This document shows positions 18,454 through 27,272 of a DNA stretch of 64,000 nucleotides, piece by piece. The position numbers and the translations under genes are program-made. The stretch's first letter is position 1. Every line of letters starts with the position of its first letter. The stretch lies in NCBI GenBank assembly GCA_014193395.1, contig BJHT01000007.1, forward strand, positions 1,005-65,004, in the 5' to 3' direction. A model generated the notes under the pieces. It had not been told where the DNA came from. It was given only the letters and a program-made list of their open reading frames with translations, and ran no database searches. This stretch comes from Verrucomicrobiota bacterium (lineage in GTDB: Bacteria > Verrucomicrobiota > Verrucomicrobiia > Limisphaerales > BJHT01).

Positions 18454-19458
18454 ATGATTTCCAAACCCATCGCCGTCGTCACCGGAGGCGCCGGCTTCAT
18501 CGGCAGCCACATGGTGGACCTGCTCCTCGCCGAGGGCCACCGCGTCCACGTCATCGACAGCCTCGTCGGCGGCCGGCTCGAGAATCTCCACCACCACAAG
18601 GGCAATCCCGACCTCGTCGTCGAGGTCCGCGACATCCGCGACCTCGCCGCGAACGACCCGCTCTTCGCCGGCGCGAGCCATGTCATTCATTTCGGCGGCA
18701 TCGGCGACATCGTGCCGTCCATCGAGCATCCGGTGGATTATCTGAGCACGAATGTAATGGGCACCGTGAAGGTGCTCGAGTGCGCCCGGCACGCGCAGAT
18801 CAAGAAATTCGTCTATGCCGCCTCGTCCTCCTGTTACGGCCTCGCCGCCGTGCCCACGCGCGAGGACGCGCCCATCGCGTGCGAGCATCCCTACGCGTTG
18901 AGCAAATACCTGGGGGAAGAGGCCGTGCTGCACTGGAGCCGCGCCTACAAGCTCCCGGTCAACTGCATCCGCATTTTCAACGCCTACGGCACGCGCTCGA
19001 AAACCTCCGGCGCTTACGGCGCGGTCTTCGGCGTTTTCCTCGCGCAAAAACTCGCGGGCAAGCCCTTCACCGTCGTCGGCGACGGCACGCAGCGGCGCGA
19101 TTTTCTCTACGTGACCGACGTGGCGCGTGCGTTCTATCTCGCGGCGATGACGGACAAGGTGAACCACATTTGGAACCTCGGTGCCGGCAATCCGCAGCCC
19201 GTCAACCGCCTCGTCGAACTGCTCGGCGGACCCGTCATCCACCTCCCCAAACGCCCCGGCGAACCCGATTGCACCTGGGCCGACATCACAAAAATAACCC
19301 GCGACCTCGGCTGGAAACAGCTCGTCCCCTTCGAGCAGGGCGTGGCCAATCTGCTCGCGAACATCGAGTACTGGCGGCAGGCCCCCGTGTGGGACCAGGC
19401 CTCCATCGCGCAGGCGACGAAGACGTGGTTCGCGTTTTTGGGCGGTGAGAAAAAGTGA
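18454..19458 (+). CDS. NAD-dependent nucleotide-sugar epimerase/dehydratase (extended SDR, UDP-hexose 4-epimerase / UXS-like)
   Basis: VTGGAGFIGSH, YALSK catalytic pair and GDGTQRRDFLYV motif. Confidence 0.82.
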   Translation: MISKPIAVVTGGAGFIGSHMVDLLLAEGHRVHVIDSLVGGRLENLHHHKGNPDLVVEVRDIRDLAANDPLFAGASHVIHFGGIGDIVPSIEHPVDYLSTNVMGTVKVLECARHAQIKKFVYAASSSCYGLAAVPTREDAPIACEHPYALSKYLGEEAVLHWSRAYKLPVNCIRIFNAYGTRSKTSGAYGAVFGVFLAQKLAGKPFTVVGDGTQRRDFLYVTDVARAFYLAAMTDKVNHIWNLGAGNPQPVNRLVELLGGPVIHLPKRPGEPDCTWADITKITRDLGWKQLVPFEQGVANLLANIEYWRQAPVWDQASIAQATKTWFAFLGGEKK

Positions 19459-19473
19459 GGCGGGCGGCCGAGA

Positions 19474-19626
19474 GGCGCAGTTCAGTTTCTTGCGACGATC
19501 GCTGCGAGTTGACTCAGTCCCGCAGGGACGACCGAAAATAGTCCAGCACTGAAGTGCTGGGCTATTTTCTTTCGCCCGCTGGGCTGGCACGGCGAACCAG
19601 TCCGAGTGGAAGAAACTGAACTGCCC
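19474..19626. repeat. Palindromic element J
   Basis: GGCGCAGTTCAGTTTCTTGCG ... GGAAGAAACTGAACTGCCCC, with a central hairpin GAAAATAGTCCAGCACtgaaGTGCTGGGCTATTTTC. A third copy of the terminal 20-mer lies at 20581..20602. Confidence 0.85.
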
Positions 19627-19690
19627 CCAATGCGATTGCTTGCCCATCCAGGGCATTGATGCCCGCAGAACCGCTGCCTAAGTTGGCACC

Positions 19691-20248
19691 GTGAAATTCA
19701 CCTTCAACCCCAAGAAAACGGCGCAGGCGGCCGCGATCCTGCTTCAGCGCAGTGGCGGGGACATGGACAATTTCTTGTTCATCAAAATGCTCTATCTGGC
19801 CGACCGCAAAGCCATTGAGAAATGGGAGGAACCCATCACCGGAGATACGGCGGCGTCGATGGAATGCGGCCCCGTCCTGCGCAATGTCTATGACCTCACC
19901 AAAGGCGATTGCCCCGGCGGCCGCCCGCATTGGGAACCGTTCATCGGGGACGCCGATGAGCCAACCAACCGGGTGGTGCTCCGGTCCAACCCCGGCGTGG
20001 ATGAACTTTCCAAAGCCGAGATCGCCATTTTGGAAACCATGCACGACCACTTCCGCGACTACACCTGGAAGCAGATGTGCCACTACTGCCACGCCCTGCC
20101 GGAGTATGAAGATGTGGGCCGCGGCTCCCAACCGATCCCGACCAAGACCATTCTCAAGGCCGTGGGCCGGACCGATGCCGAAGTGGCGGACGCCGCTCGA
20201 CGGCACTGGGAAATCTCCGTGGCGGACGCCCTCCTCACCAACTGGTGA
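19691..20248 (+). CDS. DUF4065 / Panacea-domain (SocA/GepA-like) antitoxin-type protein, orphan
   Basis: 185 aa. The pattern FIKMLYLADRKAIEKWEEPITGD...ECGPVLRNVYD and the later LSKAEIAILETMHDHF match the DUF4065 layout as I remember it. It sits inside an inverted-repeat-bounded insert. Confidence 0.65.
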   Translation: MKFTFNPKKTAQAAAILLQRSGGDMDNFLFIKMLYLADRKAIEKWEEPITGDTAASMECGPVLRNVYDLTKGDCPGGRPHWEPFIGDADEPTNRVVLRSNPGVDELSKAEIAILETMHDHFRDYTWKQMCHYCHALPEYEDVGRGSQPIPTKTILKAVGRTDAEVADAARRHWEISVADALLTNW

Positions 20249-20402
20249 TGCCAAAACCGGGAACAGTTTTTCAGTTGCGACTGGACGGAGGAAGCCAGAG
20301 TCGCCGATGACTTCGACCTCCGCCGGCTCGACGATTTGCGGTGCGTCGCTTTTCCTCCGGAGCAGAACCAAACACAGGGCGCACCTCGGTTTCTTGCACA
20401 TC

Positions 20403-20568
20403 TCATTAGCACCCGGCTTCAGCCGGGTGTTACGCACGAATAGAATCGGGCAGCCGTTTCAACGGCTTTGGCGGATGTTCCAACGACGGCGATCAGACCG
20501 AAAAACCGCTGAAGCGGTCGCGCCGATTTCCCGCTCCAGACACCCGGCTGAAGCCGGGTGCTAATGAG
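20403..20568. repeat. Palindromic element I
   Basis: TCATTAGCACCCGGCTTCAGCCGGGTG ... CACCCGGCTGAAGCCGGGTGCTAATGA, with internal hairpins (CAGCCGTTTCAACGGCTTTGG; ACCGCTGAAGCGGT). Confidence 0.85.
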
Positions 20569-20580
20569 ATGGGGAATCGG

Positions 20581-20602
20581 CTGCAAGAAACTGAAATGCG
20601 CC
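20581..20602. repeat. Isolated terminal arm of element J (inverted relative to 19474..19494)
   Basis: The reverse complement of CTGCAAGAAACTGAAATGCGCC is GGCGCATTTCAGTTTCTTGCAG. Compare GGCGCAGTTCAGTTTCTTGCGA at 19474. Confidence 0.8.
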
Positions 20603-20670
20603 ACCACTTCGCCTCGCCTTTTGCCGCGCGCCCTCCAGTATCCGCGCCCAACGACTGACATTTCCATTGC

Positions 20671-22221
20671 ATGAGCGCTCCTGAAAAACAAAACGACTAC
20701 CGCCGCAAAATCATGACGCGCGAGCAATTGCGCGCCGCCATCGGCCCGCGGCCACGCACCCACAGCGTCATCATGTGCCACGGCACGTTTGACCTCGTGC
20801 ATCCGGGGCACATCCGCCACCTGATGTATGCGAAGAGCAAGGCCGACCGCCTCATTGCCAGCCTCACCAGCGACTCGCACATCAACAAGGCCAACTTCCG
20901 CCCGTTCGTTCCGCAGGACCTGCGGGCGATGAATCTCGCCGCCCTCGAGTGCGTGGACTACGTGATCGTGGACGACAACGCCACGCCGCTCGAAAACCTC
21001 CGCTTCATCCAGCCCGACTATTTCGCCAAGGGTTACGAGTACTCCGCCGAGGGCATCCACCCGAAAACCCAGGAGGAAATCGCCGTGATTGAAAGCTACG
21101 GCGGCGAAGTCGTGTTCACGCCCGGCGACCTCATCATGTCCTCGTCGGCGATCATCACCATGACGCCGCCGAACCTCGCCGTGGACAAGCTCCTGGCGCT
21201 GCTGGAATCCGAGGGCCTCGGCTTTGATGATCTCCGCACCGCCATCGAGAAGCTCCGCGGCGTGCGCGTTCACGTCGTCGGCGACACCATTGTGGACGGC
21301 TACACTTACTGCACGCTCATCGGCGGCACGGCCAAAACGCCGACGTTCAGCGTGAAATATGAGCGGGCCGAGGACTACTCCGGCGGCGCCGCCGTGGTCG
21401 CCAAACACATGCGGGCCGCGGGTGCGGACGTGGTTTTCTCCACCGTGCTCGGCAACGACGCGCTCAAGGATTTCGTGGTGAACGACCTCAAATCCGCCGG
21501 CATCCACGTCGAGGCGATCGTCGATCCGACCCGCCCCACGACGCACAAAAATTCCTTCATCACCAACGGCTACCGGATGCTCAAGGTGGACAAACTCGAC
21601 AACCGCCCCATCTCCGAAAAAATCCTCGAGAAACTCAAGGCCCAGCTCACCGCGCACACGGTCGATGTCGCGGTGTTCAGCGATTTCCGCCACGGCCTCT
21701 TCAACAAGCACACCATCCCGCCGCTCACCGCCGCGCTGCCCGCGGGCGTGATGCGCGTGGCCGACAGCCAAGTCTCCAACCGCTGGGGCAACATCCTCGA
21801 GTTCCAGGGCTTCGACCTGATCACGCCCAACGAACGCGAGGCGCGCTTCGCCCTCGGTGACCAGGACTCGACCGTGCGCCCGCTCGCGCTCGACCTCTAC
21901 ACCAAGGCGCGTTGCAAGGCCCTCATTCTCAAACTCGGTGAGCGCGGCATCATCACCTATCGCGCCCCGGACAGCGAAGTGCGCTCGTTCTTCACCGTGG
22001 ACAGCTTCGCCGACCGCGTCGTGGACGCCGTCGGCGCGGGCGACGCCCTGCTCGCCTACGCGACGCTCTCGCTGAAAACGACCGGCTCGAATGTCATCGC
22101 GAGCATCCTCGGTTCCCTCGCCGCCGCCGTGGCCTGCGAGCACGACGGCAATCACCCCGTCGCGCCCGCCGAGGTCTTGAAGAAACTCGACGCCGTCGAA
22201 AAAAAATCGCGCTACGAATGA
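20671..22221 (+). CDS. Bifunctional sugar-phosphate nucleotidyltransferase (cytidylyltransferase-like, N-terminal) / PfkB-family sugar kinase (C-terminal); HldE/RfaE-like with reversed domain order
   Basis: The N-terminus has CHGTFDLVHPGHIRHL (HxGH nucleotidyltransferase motif). The C-terminal half has the PfkB signature DAVGAGDALLA and a ribokinase-like body. Met15 is an alternative start. Confidence 0.8.
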   Translation: MSAPEKQNDYRRKIMTREQLRAAIGPRPRTHSVIMCHGTFDLVHPGHIRHLMYAKSKADRLIASLTSDSHINKANFRPFVPQDLRAMNLAALECVDYVIVDDNATPLENLRFIQPDYFAKGYEYSAEGIHPKTQEEIAVIESYGGEVVFTPGDLIMSSSAIITMTPPNLAVDKLLALLESEGLGFDDLRTAIEKLRGVRVHVVGDTIVDGYTYCTLIGGTAKTPTFSVKYERAEDYSGGAAVVAKHMRAAGADVVFSTVLGNDALKDFVVNDLKSAGIHVEAIVDPTRPTTHKNSFITNGYRMLKVDKLDNRPISEKILEKLKAQLTAHTVDVAVFSDFRHGLFNKHTIPPLTAALPAGVMRVADSQVSNRWGNILEFQGFDLITPNEREARFALGDQDSTVRPLALDLYTKARCKALILKLGERGIITYRAPDSEVRSFFTVDSFADRVVDAVGAGDALLAYATLSLKTTGSNVIASILGSLAAAVACEHDGNHPVAPAEVLKKLDAVEKKSRYE

Positions 22222-23132
22222 GGCTCGTCGTCATCGGGCTCGGCGTGCAGGGCCGCAAACGCCGCGCCCTCGCGGGCGACCACGTCGTCGCGGTCGTCGA
22301 TCCCGTCGCCCCCGGCGTGGATTGCAAGGCCATCGAGGAAATCCCGCTCGATCGCTACGACGCCGCCTGCGTCTGCGTGCCCGACGGCGCGAAGCTTCCG
22401 ATTCTCCGGCACCTCGTCGGCAACGGAAAACACGTCCTGGTCGAGAAACCGCTGGTCGGCGCGGCCGCCGAAATCCGCGAGCTGCTCGCCCTCGCGCGCC
22501 GCACCGGCGCGACGGCTTACACGGCTTACAACCACCGCTTCGAACCGCACATCGCGCGGCTCAAACAAGTGCTCGACACCGGCGCGCTCGGCCGGATTTA
22601 TCTCACGCGCATTTTCTACGGCAACGGCACCGCCCGCGACGTGCGCAATTCGCCGTGGCGCGACAAAGGAGCTGGCGTCCTGCCCGACCTCGGTTCGCAC
22701 ATGCTCGACATGGCGCATTTTCTCTTCGGCCCGCGCGCCGACACCGGCCGCGTCTGGAGCGTCAATCGTTTCGAGAACCAGTCGCCCGATCACGTCACGT
22801 TCGGCTTCGGCGGCCCGGCGGTCTGGGAAATGGAAGCGACGCTGCTCTCGTGGCGGAACACCTTCACGCTCGACGTCTTTGGCGAACTCGGCAGCGCGCA
22901 CATCCACTGCCTCTGCAAATGGGGGCCGAGCACGCTCACCGTCCGCAAACGCATCTTCCCCAGCGGCCGCCCCGAGGAAACCGTCACGACCCTCGAACAG
23001 CCCGACCCGACGTGGAGATTGGAATACGACCACTTCCTCGCGCTCTGCCGCACCGGCGCGAGCAACTGGGAAAACGACCTGTGGATTGGGGAAAAGCTCG
23101 CCGGTCTTGCCACCAGCGCGGGCCTAGCGTGA
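22218..23132 (+). CDS. Gfo/Idh/MocA-family NAD(P)-dependent oxidoreductase
   Basis: MRLVVIGLGVQGRKR Rossmann start and the EKPL motif (VLVEKPLV). ATGA overlap with the upstream gene. Confidence 0.75.
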   Translation: MRLVVIGLGVQGRKRRALAGDHVVAVVDPVAPGVDCKAIEEIPLDRYDAACVCVPDGAKLPILRHLVGNGKHVLVEKPLVGAAAEIRELLALARRTGATAYTAYNHRFEPHIARLKQVLDTGALGRIYLTRIFYGNGTARDVRNSPWRDKGAGVLPDLGSHMLDMAHFLFGPRADTGRVWSVNRFENQSPDHVTFGFGGPAVWEMEATLLSWRNTFTLDVFGELGSAHIHCLCKWGPSTLTVRKRIFPSGRPEETVTTLEQPDPTWRLEYDHFLALCRTGASNWENDLWIGEKLAGLATSAGLA

Positions 23133-23223
23133 GGCGCGCATGCAAACCGCTTACGCCGACATCGAACTGATCATCGCAACAGATGAAATGAACGGCTCCC
23201 GCAGCGCTCCTCCCTCCATGAAC

Positions 23224-23289
23224 TTCCCGCAGATTCAAGACGGCCACAGATTCCATTCCCCATCTGTGGTCGCCCTGAATCTGCGGGAA
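23224..23289. repeat. Palindromic element G
   Basis: TTCCCGCAGATTCAAGACGGCCACAGAT tccattcccc ATCTGTGGTCGCCCTGAATCTGCGGGAA. Confidence 0.8.
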
Positions 23290-23429
23290 AACCTCGGCGG
23301 CAAATCGTCCCGACTGGCCATGCTGCAGGGGCGGGGACAGCTTGTCCCCGCAACCGCAGAGCGAAAGGCCACGCTCTCAACCAAGTGGCGACATGCTGTC
23401 GCCGCCCCTGGCGCAGATATTTTTCCGCC

Positions 23430-24821
23430 ATGATCGGCTTCGTCGGCCTCTCCCATCTCGGCATCGTTTACGGCCTCGCCACGGCGGCGAAAGGCTTTGC
23501 GGTCGTCGGTTTCGACCGCGACGCCGCGCTGTGCGGACGGCTCGCGCAGGGACAATTTCCAGTCTCCGAACCGGGCCTGAACGAACTCTTCGCTGGGAAC
23601 CAAGCCCGCCTCACCTTCACCGCCGACGCCAACGCGCTGGCGCAATGCCGCGTCATCTTCTATTCGCTCGATGTCCCCACCGACGACGACGGTCACAGCG
23701 ACCTCGCGCCGCTGCGCGAACTCCTCGCCCGCACCGCCCCGTACCTCGCGCCCGACGCCACCGCGGTGATTCTCTGCCAGGTGCCGCCCGGCTTCACCCG
23801 CTCGCTGAAAACCTCGCTGGCGACCACCGCCCAGACCCTCGGCGGGCACCTGCATTACCAGGTCGAAACCCTCGTCTTCGGCAACGCCGTCGCGCGTGCG
23901 CTCCAACCCGAGCGCTACATCGTGGGCTGCGACGACCCGCGCGCCGCGCTGCCCGCCGCCTACGCGCAGTGGCTCGGCGCGTTCGGCTGCCCCGTGCTCC
24001 CGATGCACTACGAGAGCGCGGAACTCGCGAAAATCGCCATCAACTTCTTCCTCGTCTCGAGCGTGGCCACCACGAACACGCTCGCCGAAGTCTGCGAAGG
24101 CATCGGCGCCGATTGGTCCGAGATCGCCCCCGCGCTCCGACTCGACGCACGCATCGGTCCCAAGGCCTATCTCACGCCCGGCCTTGGCATCTCCGGCGGA
24201 AATCTCGAACGCGACCTCGTCACCGTGCAGCACCTCGCCGCTCCGGAGCGCGGGCGGCCCGCCCGCGAGAGCCTGTCCGCCCCGAGCACGACCGACAGCC
24301 CCGCCGCCCCGCTCGCCGACACCAGCATCATCACCGCCTGGCAACACAACAGCGCCCATCGCAAAGACTGGCTGGCGCGCACCCTCCGCTCCGCCTTCGC
24401 CCGCCGCGGCCTCGCGCTCGACGGCGCGACCCTTGGCATCTGGGGTCTCGCCTACAAAGAGAACACCCACTCGACGAAAAACTCGCCCTCGCTCCAATTC
24501 ATCGCCGCCCTGCCCGCGTGCCGCAAACAGGCCTTCGATCCCGTGGTGAAAATTTCCGCCGACGCGTTCCCGCTTTTCACGCAGTGCGCCACGCCGCTCG
24601 CCTGCTGCCGCGATGCGCACGCGCTGGTGATTCCCACACCGTGGCCTGAATTCCGCGGCGCGGACCTCGAAACCATCCCCGCCGCCATGCCCGGCCGCAT
24701 TCTCCTCGACCCATTCGGCCTGCTGGACGGTGAGCGCGCCGCCGCGTTGGGCTTCGATTATTACCGCCTCGGAGCGCCCCCACTCCCCGGAGCGCCGAAC
24801 TCCAGTCCGGCGCAAATCTGA
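23430..24821 (+). CDS. UDP-glucose/GDP-mannose dehydrogenase-family protein, atypical (catalytic Cys position is Asn)
   Basis: Track ORF 23385..24821, start at MIGFVGLSHLG. It has family landmarks (ESAELAKIAINFF; GLAYKENT). The expected GGxC(L/F)PKD motif reads GISGGNLERD, followed by a ~30-aa Pro/Ala/Ser-rich insert. Confidence 0.7.
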   Translation: MIGFVGLSHLGIVYGLATAAKGFAVVGFDRDAALCGRLAQGQFPVSEPGLNELFAGNQARLTFTADANALAQCRVIFYSLDVPTDDDGHSDLAPLRELLARTAPYLAPDATAVILCQVPPGFTRSLKTSLATTAQTLGGHLHYQVETLVFGNAVARALQPERYIVGCDDPRAALPAAYAQWLGAFGCPVLPMHYESAELAKIAINFFLVSSVATTNTLAEVCEGIGADWSEIAPALRLDARIGPKAYLTPGLGISGGNLERDLVTVQHLAAPERGRPARESLSAPSTTDSPAAPLADTSIITAWQHNSAHRKDWLARTLRSAFARRGLALDGATLGIWGLAYKENTHSTKNSPSLQFIAALPACRKQAFDPVVKISADAFPLFTQCATPLACCRDAHALVIPTPWPEFRGADLETIPAAMPGRILLDPFGLLDGERAAALGFDYYRLGAPPLPGAPNSSPAQI

Positions 24822-24859
24822 ACCGCACCGATCTGGAGATCGGCGCTCCGCTTCCAACC

Positions 24860-25747
24860 ATGCTTACCCTTCACCAACCCACTCCCACCAATACCCCGCG
24901 CGTCGTCGTCATGGGCGCGGGCGGCTTCGTCGGCCGCGCCACCTGCACCCGGCTCGCGGCAGACGGCGCAGACGTCGTCGCGCTCACCCGCAAAGAAGTG
25001 GACCTGCTCGCCGCCGACGCCGCCCCGAAACTCGCGGCGCACCTCACACCCGAGTCCACGCTCGTCGTCACCTCCGCCCTCGCGCCCGTGAAGAACACCG
25101 CGATGCTCCTCGACAACCTGCGCATGATGCAGGCCGTCATCGCCGCCGTAAGATCGCAGCCCGTCCCGCACCTGCTCTACGTCAGCTCCGACGCCGTCTA
25201 TGCCGACTCGCGCGCCCCAATGACCGAAGCCTCGCCCGCTGAACCCGGCTCGCTCCACGGCGTCATGCACCTCGCGCGCGAAGTGATGCTGAAATGCGAT
25301 CTGCCCGCCATCCCGCTCGCCCTCGTGCGACCGACGCTCATCTTCGGCCCCGGCGATCCGCACAATGGCTACGGCCCCAATCGCTTCATGCGTCTCGCGC
25401 AAGCCCGCCAGGACATCACGCTCTTCGGCGAAGGCGAGGAACAGCGCGACCACATCTTCATCACCGACGTGGCGGAAATTATCCGCCGGTGCGTGCGCCA
25501 CCGCGCGACCGGCGTGGTGAACGCCGTCAGCGGCACCGTCACGTCCTTCCGCGCCATTGCCGAACAAGCCGCCGCCCGCTTCGAGCCGCGCGTGAAAGTC
25601 CTCGGCTCCCCGCGCACCGGCCCCATGCCCCACGGCGGCTACCGCGCCTTCGACCCCGCACTGCTGCGCCAGCTTTTCCCCGACTTCGCACCCGTGAGCC
25701 TCGCCACCGGCCTGGACCGGATGCGCGCGGCACTCTCCCCCGCATGA
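24860..25747 (+). CDS. NAD(P)-binding SDR-fold protein, atypical (YxxxK position reads HGVMH)
   Basis: VMGAGGFVGRA Rossmann motif and RmlD/GDP-fucose-synthase-like length. The usual Y-x-x-x-K is replaced by H-G-V-M-H. Confidence 0.65.
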   Translation: MLTLHQPTPTNTPRVVVMGAGGFVGRATCTRLAADGADVVALTRKEVDLLAADAAPKLAAHLTPESTLVVTSALAPVKNTAMLLDNLRMMQAVIAAVRSQPVPHLLYVSSDAVYADSRAPMTEASPAEPGSLHGVMHLAREVMLKCDLPAIPLALVRPTLIFGPGDPHNGYGPNRFMRLAQARQDITLFGEGEEQRDHIFITDVAEIIRRCVRHRATGVVNAVSGTVTSFRAIAEQAAARFEPRVKVLGSPRTGPMPHGGYRAFDPALLRQLFPDFAPVSLATGLDRMRAALSPA

Positions 25748-26238
25748 GCACCAGCGCATCGCCCACGCCCGCGCCAGACCCCGCCCCCGTTCCGGAGCCG
25801 CTCCCCGATTCCATGCCGCGCATCGCCGGCGTCGTGCTGCTCCGAGCCGACGGCGCGGCCCTGCTCCAGCACCGCGATGACAAGCCCGGCCTGCCCGCGC
25901 GGGCGCTCTGGGTCTTCCCCGGCGGTCATTGCGAACCGGGCGAATCGTGCCGCGCCGCTGCCCGTCGCGAGTTTCTCGAGGAAACCGGCTACGACTGCGG
26001 GGACGCCGATTTGCTCACCGAATTCGTCTATGTCTCGCCCGACAACGGCCGCCCCCATTGGATGAGCTACTGCTGGGCGGAGTACGATGGCGTCACCGAA
26101 ACCCATTGTTACGAAGGGCAGGCCGTGACCTTCGTTCCGCGCGAACAGGCGGCCCAACTTCCCGCGCCCGACTACGTGCTGGCGGTCTGGGATCTCGCGC
26201 TGGCCGCGCGCCGGGAAAAGGCTTTACGCACCGGGTGA
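25744..26238 (+). CDS. NUDIX hydrolase
   Basis: Distal part of track ORF 25294..26238 from MSTSASP. It has the Nudix box GGHCEPGESCRAAARREFLEETG. ATGA overlap with the upstream SDR gene. Confidence 0.85.
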   Translation: MSTSASPTPAPDPAPVPEPLPDSMPRIAGVVLLRADGAALLQHRDDKPGLPARALWVFPGGHCEPGESCRAAARREFLEETGYDCGDADLLTEFVYVSPDNGRPHWMSYCWAEYDGVTETHCYEGQAVTFVPREQAAQLPAPDYVLAVWDLALAARREKALRTG

Positions 26239-26269
26239 TTGCGTTTAATCACGCGGCTCCAAAAGCGAC

Positions 26270-27262
26270 ATGAAAACCTACGTAATCCTCGGCGGCGGCG
26301 GTTCCTTCGGCGTTCACACGGCGAAGTATCTGCTGGCGAACACCGACGCCAAAAAGGTCATCTCCGTGGGCCGCAATCCCGAGAAGCCCGAGGCGTTTTC
26401 ACTCAATGTGGGCAAGGGCGACAAACGCTACGCCTACCACCAGATTCACCTCACCCACGAGCAGGACCGGCTCTTCGAATTGTTCGATGCCGAGAAGCCC
26501 GAGGTCATCATCAGCTACGCCGCGCAGGGCGAAGGCGCGGTGTCGTGGAAAAAATCATGGCGCTTCTTCGAGACCAACTGCGTTGCGCTCACGATGATGT
26601 GCGAGGAGTTGATGAAACGTGACTACATGGAGCGCTTCATCCAGATCGGCACCAGCGAGCTGTACGGCTCGGTGAATTTTGCCGCCAAGGAAACCACGCC
26701 CATCCAGCCCACCAGTCCCTACGCGGCGAGCAAGGCGGCCTTCGACATGTATCTCCTGAGCGTGGCCAACGTGCTCAAATTCCGGATGAACATCATCCGC
26801 CCCTCCAATGCCTACTGCCCCGGCCAGCTCCTGCACCGCGTCATCCCGCGCGCGGTCGTCTGCGGCCTCACTGGACAGAAGCTCCCGTTGCAAGGCGGCG
26901 GGCGCGCCGAAAAGTCCTACATTCACGCCCGCGATCTGGCCCGCGCGATCCTGCTGGTTTCCGAGAAAGCGCCGCTCGGCCGGGTTTACAACGCCGGTCC
27001 GCCGCTGCCGATTTCGATCCGCAATCTCGTGGCGAAGGTGGCCGAGGGCTTCCCGATGCCCTTCGAGCAGCTCTGTGAAGTGGTGCCCGACCGGCTTGGC
27101 CAGGACAGCCGCTACTGGCTGGACAGCAGCGCCATCAAAGCGGACGTCGGCTGGGAAACGCAGATCAGCCTCGAAGAAGGCATCCAGGAAATGATCGCGT
27201 GGGGCCGGCAATATCGCGACTTCCTCAAGGACTATCCCACCGCCTACGTGCTGCGGACCTAA
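26270..27262 (+). CDS. NAD-dependent nucleotide-sugar 4,6-dehydratase-like extended SDR
   Basis: ILGGGGSFG, GTSELYG and YAASK motifs typical of RmlB-like dehydratases. Confidence 0.75.
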   Translation: MKTYVILGGGGSFGVHTAKYLLANTDAKKVISVGRNPEKPEAFSLNVGKGDKRYAYHQIHLTHEQDRLFELFDAEKPEVIISYAAQGEGAVSWKKSWRFFETNCVALTMMCEELMKRDYMERFIQIGTSELYGSVNFAAKETTPIQPTSPYAASKAAFDMYLLSVANVLKFRMNIIRPSNAYCPGQLLHRVIPRAVVCGLTGQKLPLQGGGRAEKSYIHARDLARAILLVSEKAPLGRVYNAGPPLPISIRNLVAKVAEGFPMPFEQLCEVVPDRLGQDSRYWLDSSAIKADVGWETQISLEEGIQEMIAWGRQYRDFLKDYPTAYVLRT

Positions 27263-27272
27263 CCCCCTCCTC

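Noticed and set aside
19562-20437. 291-aa minus-strand ORF covering the Panacea gene region.
   Set aside because: It is antisense to a gene with a coherent DUF4065 pattern, begins and ends in palindromic repeats, and has no motifs.
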